From the human T2T-CHM13v2.0 reference genome, Homo sapiens, in assembly GCF_009914755.1 (NCBI RefSeq), contig NC_060938.1: DNA of 64,000 nt; one strand, given 5' to 3'. A model generated the notes under the pieces. That model made no database searches and was not told where the DNA came from. It saw only the letters and a list, made by a program, of their open reading frames with translations. Shown in pieces: positions 54,794 to 64,000 of this stretch; within the stretch, counting starts at the first letter, position 1; each line of letters begins with the position of its first letter. Made by a program: the position numbers and the translations under genes.

Positions 54794-55169
54794 TGAAATG
54801 GTTTGGCTCTGCATCCCCACCCAAATCTCATGCTGAATGGTAATTCCCATGTTTCAGGGGAGGGGCCTGCTAGGAGGTGATTAGATCAAGGGGGTGGATT
54901 TCACCCATGCTGTTCTTGTGACAGTGAGTGAGTTCTCACAAGATCTGATGGTTTAAAAGTGTGTGACACTTCCCCGCAACCCTTCCTGCCATGATGTGAA
55001 GAAGGTCCTCACTTTCCCTTCGCCTTCTCCCATGACTGTTTAAGTTTCCTGAGGCCTCCCACTCATGCCTGTTAAGCTTGCATATCTGTGCATTAATTAA
55101 ACCTTTCTTCTTCATAAATTACCCAGTCTCAGGTAGTTCTTTATAGCAGTGTGAGAACGGACTAATACA
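54794..55169 (+). mobile_element. MSTA-like MaLR solo LTR inserted in an antisense FAM-type Alu monomer (~54775-55322)
   Basis: TGAAATGGTTTGGCTCT start, AACGGACTAATACA end, TSD CAATG / CAAGG; host shows 7SL-like ggctattcatagg. Confidence 0.82.
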
Positions 55170-56392
55170 CAAGGTCATACTATGTTGCCTGGGGTAGAGT
55201 GCAATGGCTATTCATAGGAGCAATTATAGTGCTACACTACAGCCTCAAATTCCTGGGCTCAAGCAATCCTCCTGCTTCAGCCTACCATGTAACTTGGTCT
55301 ATAAGCATGCATCACCATGTCCAAATTTGTATTTTCAACTACAGCATCTGAGTTACTAATCCTACACCTCCCTCATATATAGCTGCATAAAGCAGTAAAC
55401 TATAATCTATAACCAGAGCTGACCTTGTAATGGCTACCTGTTTTATTCAGGTCTATTCCTAAGTGTAGGGCAATTTTCTTTTTGCAAGCTTACGTATATA
55501 AATGTTAATAACATTATTCCATTTTCCTTGTCTGCTATCTGAATAAAGAGTACACAGTATCATTATAAAGCTAATGGTATTCAGGTGCTCAATGAGGCCT
55601 AAAATTCCACAATAAAATATTTGTCAGTGTATAGAATTTTGTCTTTTGTTTTTTTTTCCCCAAATCTAGAAGTTGCTTTTTTTCCCTCTCTTAAAGATCA
55701 GCAAACTTGTCAAATATTTTGATAACTAGAGTCACACAGCTCCCTGTTGTCTCAGAACAAGAATGTGTTTTGGAATGCTACTATTTTAAATTCATAAATA
55801 AAATGTCTTCTGTTAAATTCTAAATGTCTCCATGAGTAGTGTTTTTCTACCACTTTGGAACTGCATATAGTACTGTGATTATGTGAAAAAATGTTCTTAT
55901 TTTTAGGAGACGTAGGCTAAAAGTAAAGTGCCACCTCAATGGCTTAGTAAATTAATCAACCAAACACGGCAAAATGTTACTAATTGCTGAATGTAGGTGA
56001 AGGGTATGAGTGATCAGTTTTCCTTTTTCACACTCATGTCATAAGCTTTGAAGAGGGAATCTGTTTATCCATAGGCTCTTGAATTCATACACCTCAAGTC
56101 TTCATACCTTTTTAAAGTGAAACTCCCACTACATTGTTTAGCCACTATACTGTACCAGGGCTTTATGTACACGGAGGAACATAGATGCAGACCATAACAA
56201 AAACGAAGTATAATAGAAAGTAGTTGTAGTTGGTGTTTCATATATTTTTAAAGTAATACCAAAAACATTAGCTAATTTCTTCCTGCTTTTCTGAATAGCG
56301 AAAACTTCTTCTAATAATAAAAATTCTGATGAGGGAACAAAAAATGTAATATACTTCATTAAGTTTTAACAAAGTCTAACATTGTAAAGCTA

Positions 56393-56671
<279 letters not shown>

Positions 56672-58848
56672 CTAACAATAAAAATCTGCAATACAGGAAA
56701 ATAATGTATTTTAAAAGGGGGGTAAAAAGGAAGGCAATCATAACGGAAATCAGAAAAGTGAAAACATAATTAAATGTATACATTTTTTATAAATGCTCTA
56801 GGGTGAATCTGGGAAAATCCCAATAATGTTCTAGTTAACACTGACATAAAATCCACCCTTATATTCTGTACTCAAGCAGACAGGCAAAAATAGAGTAGCA
56901 ATATTTGCATTTGTATGCAAAAACTTGCTAAACAGAAGAGACATTCCACTAAAATTCTGAAAATTTTAAGATTAGGCTGTTTATTCTGTGTTGGGTTTTC
57001 TTTGTAGTTTAAGTAACTTACTAAAATGGGTAATAGGTACATATTAACAAATGACACCAAACATCCAGACCTTCTACTAGAATTCTATAGTAAAGCTTGC
57101 CATCTCTCTGAGCCTTTGCCTAGCTAGGTACATGCCCTGTCATTTACCTGGAGATCCAAGAGGGACTTAAGCCCATTAGCATCAGTTCCCCCAGCCTAAT
57201 AAAGGCATTGCTTATAGTTTCAGGCTGGGAGTTTAGGAGAGTCCAGTCTTAACTAGGCTTATCTCTGAAAGTCTTGTGAGAGCAAACTTTTTTAAATGGG
57301 TATTGTCCAGGAATTATAGCAATCAAGATCATATCTGCTCTGACCTAGATCCAATGCAGCCTTAATTTTGTTGTAGCAAACAATCAACAGAAGACACAGG
57401 GTTTGTAAAATTATTGTTTTATTCAACAGCATCTCCTGGGTACACCTTAGTGCTGTTACAGAGCACACGCAGCATATAAGTGTATGTATATACATACATA
57501 TTCACATTAACATACAAATTTATAAGATGGAATTGTGATTACTAGACAGAATTTTTTATTTTTAGGACATGGATGCTTTACTGCAACTTACTTTTTAAAT
57601 GGTTAAATCGTGCACTCAACCATAAAATATGGCAAAATGTTAACAGCCGAATACAGGTAGTGGGTATGTGAGTGATCATTTCACTACTCTTCATTTTTCC
57701 ACATTTTAAAAAGCACAACAAAAAGTAGAAAAAATTATTTAAGAAATAAAACACAAGTTGGCTATTAAAAAATACTACTACTTGCAGGAGTAGCAGCTAT
57801 CATCAGGAACATTAAAGAACATAGAAGGTACCAGATCATATACAAAAGATGGGTATTCCTATTCACTAGTGTACCTAAATAGAAACATGTTAATTGGAAT
57901 TTCATAGGAATGTAGATAAAATGCTATGGCTAATTTAACTAAAATATTTAAAATACATATCTTACATTTCCCTAAACAAACCTCATACTTTTACAGAGAA
58001 GCCAGTAACTAAAGAGGTATTAGAAAATTAGATGACAGACTTGGGAAAGGCTTTTCATTTTTTCATGTTTTTCTCCAACAGTTTACCTGTTTGAAATTAC
58101 TTAGAATATCAGCTCATCATAATTATAATATAACTGAAAAAAGCCTCTTTAATAAAAAGACAGTAGTCACAAACTGGTTCCCTGTTGGTCAAGACTGCCT
58201 GCAATGCATTGGGGCTAACATTTAAACATAAGAAGATTGCACATAAAAATCTGGGTCCAGGGCCAGGCACAGTGGCTCACACCTGTAATCCCAGCACTTC
58301 GGGTAGCTGAGGCAGAAGGATCGCTTGAGTCTTGGGTCCAGGAGTTCGAGACCAGCCTGGGTAACATAGACGGACTTTGTCTCTACAAAAAATTTAAAAA
58401 TTAGCCAGGCATGGTGGCGCGTGCCTGTAGTCCCCGCTACTTGTGAGACTGAGGTAGGAGGATCACTTGAGCCAGAGAGATGGAGGCTTCAGTAAGCCAT
58501 GACCACACCACTGCATTCCAGCCTGGTGAAGAGTGAGACCCTGTCTCAAAATAAAAAAAAGAAAAAATCTGGGTCCAGTGCCATGTGCGATGGCTCATGC
58601 CTGTAATCCCAGTACTTTGAGAGGCCCAGGCAGAAGAACTGCTGAGGCCAGGAATTTGAGAGCAGCCTAGGTAACAGTGGGACACTGTCTCCACCAAAAA
58701 AAAAAAAAAAAAGACGAAAGAGAAAGAAAATATTAGGTCATTTTCAAAAATGTCACTTTTACAGAACAAAGAATATGAACGATGTGACCAGGTGTGGTGG
58801 CTCACACCTGTAATCCCAGCACTTTGGGAAGCCAATGCAGGCAGATCA

Positions 58849-59109
<261 letters not shown>

Positions 59110-60293
59110 TCATTTTTACTGAAGCAACAAAAATTCTAGCTTGTTTTAAAAAACCCTCCTTTCCTTTGTTCAATTATCAAAGTGAACTAGCCAAAATATT
59201 CACAATTAAGGATACAGTTAATAAATGCTACAGAAATAATTTCTGGAAGAACCCTACTAAATACAGAAAAGGCGAAAAGCAAGTTTGCACTTAGTATCTA
59301 TGATTGTTTGGGGGGTGGAAATAACCACAGTATCATAGAGAAAATTTCTTATTAATACCAGGGCAAGTCAAAATCCTATCTTCAGAATCAAATTACCCTT
59401 TCTAGAAATCATTAAGATCTGCTGAAGAGACATTTTTTTTCCTTAGGCACCAGCAATATTGTGGTGTAAAATGATCCATCAAGAAGCAAAATAGCTAACA
59501 CAATGTGATGATAAATTATTCAGTAAAAAGCTTGAGATCATAAGCAGGTCATAAAGTCATCTCTAATGCCCTCAATACATTCCTTATGTAAATTACTCCT
59601 AAAGGAAGTAGACAATTCATGTTGGTAATCTCGCATCTAAAACTCACAAGTCTAAAATGCACCTGAGAGCTCCACATTCGCACTACCAATGTGATAAGCA
59701 AGGGCATTTTGCAAACAGATGGCTGCTGCTCTTATCTGAAGTCTTACCTCATCAGGAAGATGAATACAAATTCAGTCAATGTTATCTGCTATACGTTTTA
59801 AAATAACCACAACCCTACATATACCTGAGAAATGCTTATTTTTCTAATTTTTCTCTTAGTTTCCCTTATGTTTCTGTTGAGATTATAAGGTGATTTCCTA
59901 CAAGTAAACACATATGTCAATATATTTAAATATATTTTTCAAAGTATAGTTAGTTGCCACTTGAAAAAAGGATTTCATAAACCTGCTGCTCCAAATGTAA
60001 TGCCAGCTATATTTAACAGAAGCAGCTAATATTTACTGCTTACTTATTATAGTCTAAGCAGTACTCTAAGTGCTTTACATTATTTCCTTGAATAATCTGC
60101 CAAATTGTCCATGAAGCAGCTATTTTGATTAGCCCTATTTTACAGATGAGGACATTGAAGCACAGAGAAGCTAACTGACTTTCCCAAGGTCACACACAAC
60201 CTGGGTGTGCACTTAAGCAATCTGACTTCAGATAAGATTTGTTTTAACCACAACATACTATGCTGCCACCCTTTCATCCAATCAAGCTCCTCA

Positions 60294-60443
<150 letters not shown>

Positions 60444-60581
60444 TTAGCCGGGCATGGTAGCATATCCCTGTATTCCCCGTTACTCGGGAGGCTGAGGCAT
60501 AAGAACCGCTTGAACCCAGGAACCCGGGAGGTAGAGGTTGCAGTGAGCCAAGATCACGCCATTGCATTCCATTGCACTCTA

Positions 60582-60761
<180 letters not shown>

Positions 60762-61128
60762 CTACAAAAAATAAAAAAATTTAGCTGGGCATGGTGGTGC
60801 ACACCTGCAGTCCCAGCTACTCAGGAGGCTGAGGTAAGAAGATCACTTGAGCCCAGGAGGTTGAGGCAACAGCAAGCCGTGATCAAAAAACAAACCCAAA
60901 GCAAGTCATTTTTTAAAAAGCTTACATTTTGTACACCATTTGTGGATATACGGAACTAGAGTACACTGTTTCCCAAAGACAGAACATCAGGTTCCTTGGT
61001 GTAATAAACTTGGGAATCTTGCATTAAGACAAAGTTAGGGATTTTTACCTACAAGATTTCTCAGGCTATTTAATTAGGTTAATGTATATTATGACTCTCC
61101 ATGAATGCAATATAGTATGAAGTATTAG

Positions 61129-61530
<402 letters not shown>

Positions 61531-62418
61531 TAATGTATTTTTAAAAGCTACACAAGAATGTTAATTCCATTACTTTACAGCCAAACATTGTATGTGCTTA
61601 CCCTAAAGCCAATAACTGAACTAAGTTATAAAGGTATTTAAATGCTTTTAGACTAGGTATTTCTCTGGGCACTATTTGCTTCTCTCAAAACTGTCTGTAC
61701 TTTGTACATGATAGATACTCCTAGTTACTCAGTCATCACTTTCATACCAGAGGTCTTTTATGTTGAGAAAAGTAGGCACTGCAAACTAGACCTAAGGTAC
61801 CAAGGTAACATCCAAATTATGCTTTTCAAATTGGGATAACTCCAGCATTGTGCCAACAGATTATGAAGCATATTACTATGCTAGAGGTCAAATTTAGACT
61901 AAAGGGTCAAATTTTACTTAAAGTTTTCCCTAAGCATTAATTTTTAACATTATTTTATATTAAAATACAGATTTATGCATAATAGAAGGCAAAATTAATA
62001 AAACACTTCAAGATAAAACATGAGACTTCAAAGAAATCCTGAGAATGATAATGCCTTTCTAGATGTCCTTTAACAAAAATCACTCCCTTTTGCTGATAAG
62101 AATACTATTTTAATGGAAAAATTGAAGAACCACTAAGCTATGAGTAAGTTGAACTATATGAAACTGCCATTTTTATAGGTGAAAAAAAAGGCTGGCTTGA
62201 CAATTTATGTGATTCAACTTAAGTACCAGTCTTCAAATGTCAGACATAGTGTATGTACTAATGTCTGTACTTTGCATAGTATTCTTTCCTTTCGATTGGC
62301 TCTGTATTAAGCCTAGTGACTTTATTAGCCTAGAGTAACACATATGTATATTATTGACTACTAATAGAAAAAGGAACCAGCAGGGCACCAATATTCTAGG
62401 GCCAGAGTTTTCTTTTCT

Positions 62419-63005
<587 letters not shown>

Positions 63006-64000
63006 TAAAGTAACTTACTCCAAAACCATATCTAAGAGCAGTTAACAACCGTATTATCAGGCCAGGCGCAGTGGCTCATGCCTGTAATCCCAGCACTTTG
63101 GGAAGCCAAGGCTGGCAGATCACTTGAGCCGAGGAGTTCATGACCAACCTGGGCAACATGGCAAAACCCTGTCTCCACAAAACATACAAAAGTTAGCTGG
63201 GTGTGGTGGTGCACACCTGTAGTCCCAGCTGTTCGTGAGGCTGAGGTGGGAGGATCCCTTGAGATAGGGAGATGGAGGCTGCAGTGGGCCAAGATCGCGC
63301 CACTGCACTCCAGCCTCAGCAAGACCCTGTCTCAAAACAAACAAAACCAACCATATTATCAACAAGGGTTGGTTTTAATTCATTTGGAAATGAGTTAACT
63401 TCAATTTTATTTAGGCATGACAGTGTAAGCACCTTCAACAATGTCAACAAATATACAGGCTGCTGATTATTCTGGTCCTGATAGAAACTGCTAATATAAT
63501 TTTCTCTCTCTAGAGTTTACAGGTCTATTTTGGTATGGACGGAAACATATGTTGAAATTTATTGGGAGAAAAAAGTATTCTAATCTTCTTGGTCATTTTA
63601 GTTCCTTAAAATGATTATATCATTTCAAGGGCGGAAAAGGGAAAAATCACAAATAATCAAAGAGGACATTGGACATGAGATAAGATAGGTTTATTGGATT
63701 GGTTTGTTAGTGTCTTCCTTCTGGAGCATGAAAATAATTCACAAAACAAAAAAGTTACTAAACAGTAAATGAAACTAATTCCAGAATGTATCAAGTACCT
63801 GAAGTGTTGGGATACGTCTCAGACTTAAATTTCAATTATTTTTCTTTGACTTTTACTTCTCTAAAAGACACCGTAACAGCTTCAACTCACCCTATAGTCT
63901 TAGTTCCTCAGTTCTGAACAAAAAGCATGAAGTAAACAAACAAAAAAAACCCCAACTGTCAAGAACTCCCACAATTCAAGAAACACAGATAAATCCTAAA

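Noticed and set aside
57060-57290. GC-richer island with AATAAA upstream of exon 2
   Set aside because: The signal is antisense to the gene. It may be a decayed repeat, but I cannot assign it without a database search

Overview
Primate, almost certainly human, genomic DNA (it carries an AluYa5 with all five diagnostic bases). The whole window lies inside HEATR5A, transcribed on the minus strand. I traced 18 coding exons by hand, from the ATG exon at 56486-56671 down to 1417-1576. All have GT-AG boundaries and consistent phases, and they join into an uninterrupted 2868-nt (956-codon) N-terminal ORF of the HEAT-repeat, AP-1-associated trafficking protein. The promoter and exon 1 lie beyond position 64000, and the 3' half of the gene lies before position 1. 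Exon numbers assume one upstream non-coding exon. The introns are AT-rich but hold roughly 70 Alu copies or fragments (about 30% by eye), plus L1, L2, MIR, MaLR LTRs and Tigger/MER DNA-transposon fossils. Almost all non-exonic ORFs in the track are Alu noise. I see no new multi-gene system. The best leads are in splicing architecture: a recursive-splice-site-like CAG|GTGAGT 47 nt upstream of exon 10, a 31-nt poison-exon candidate, tandem acceptors, and a candidate uORF-bearing 5'UTR exon. There is also a young 5'-truncated AluYa5 nested tail-to-tail in an older Alu. Repeat boundaries are approximate unless TSDs or TIRs are quoted.
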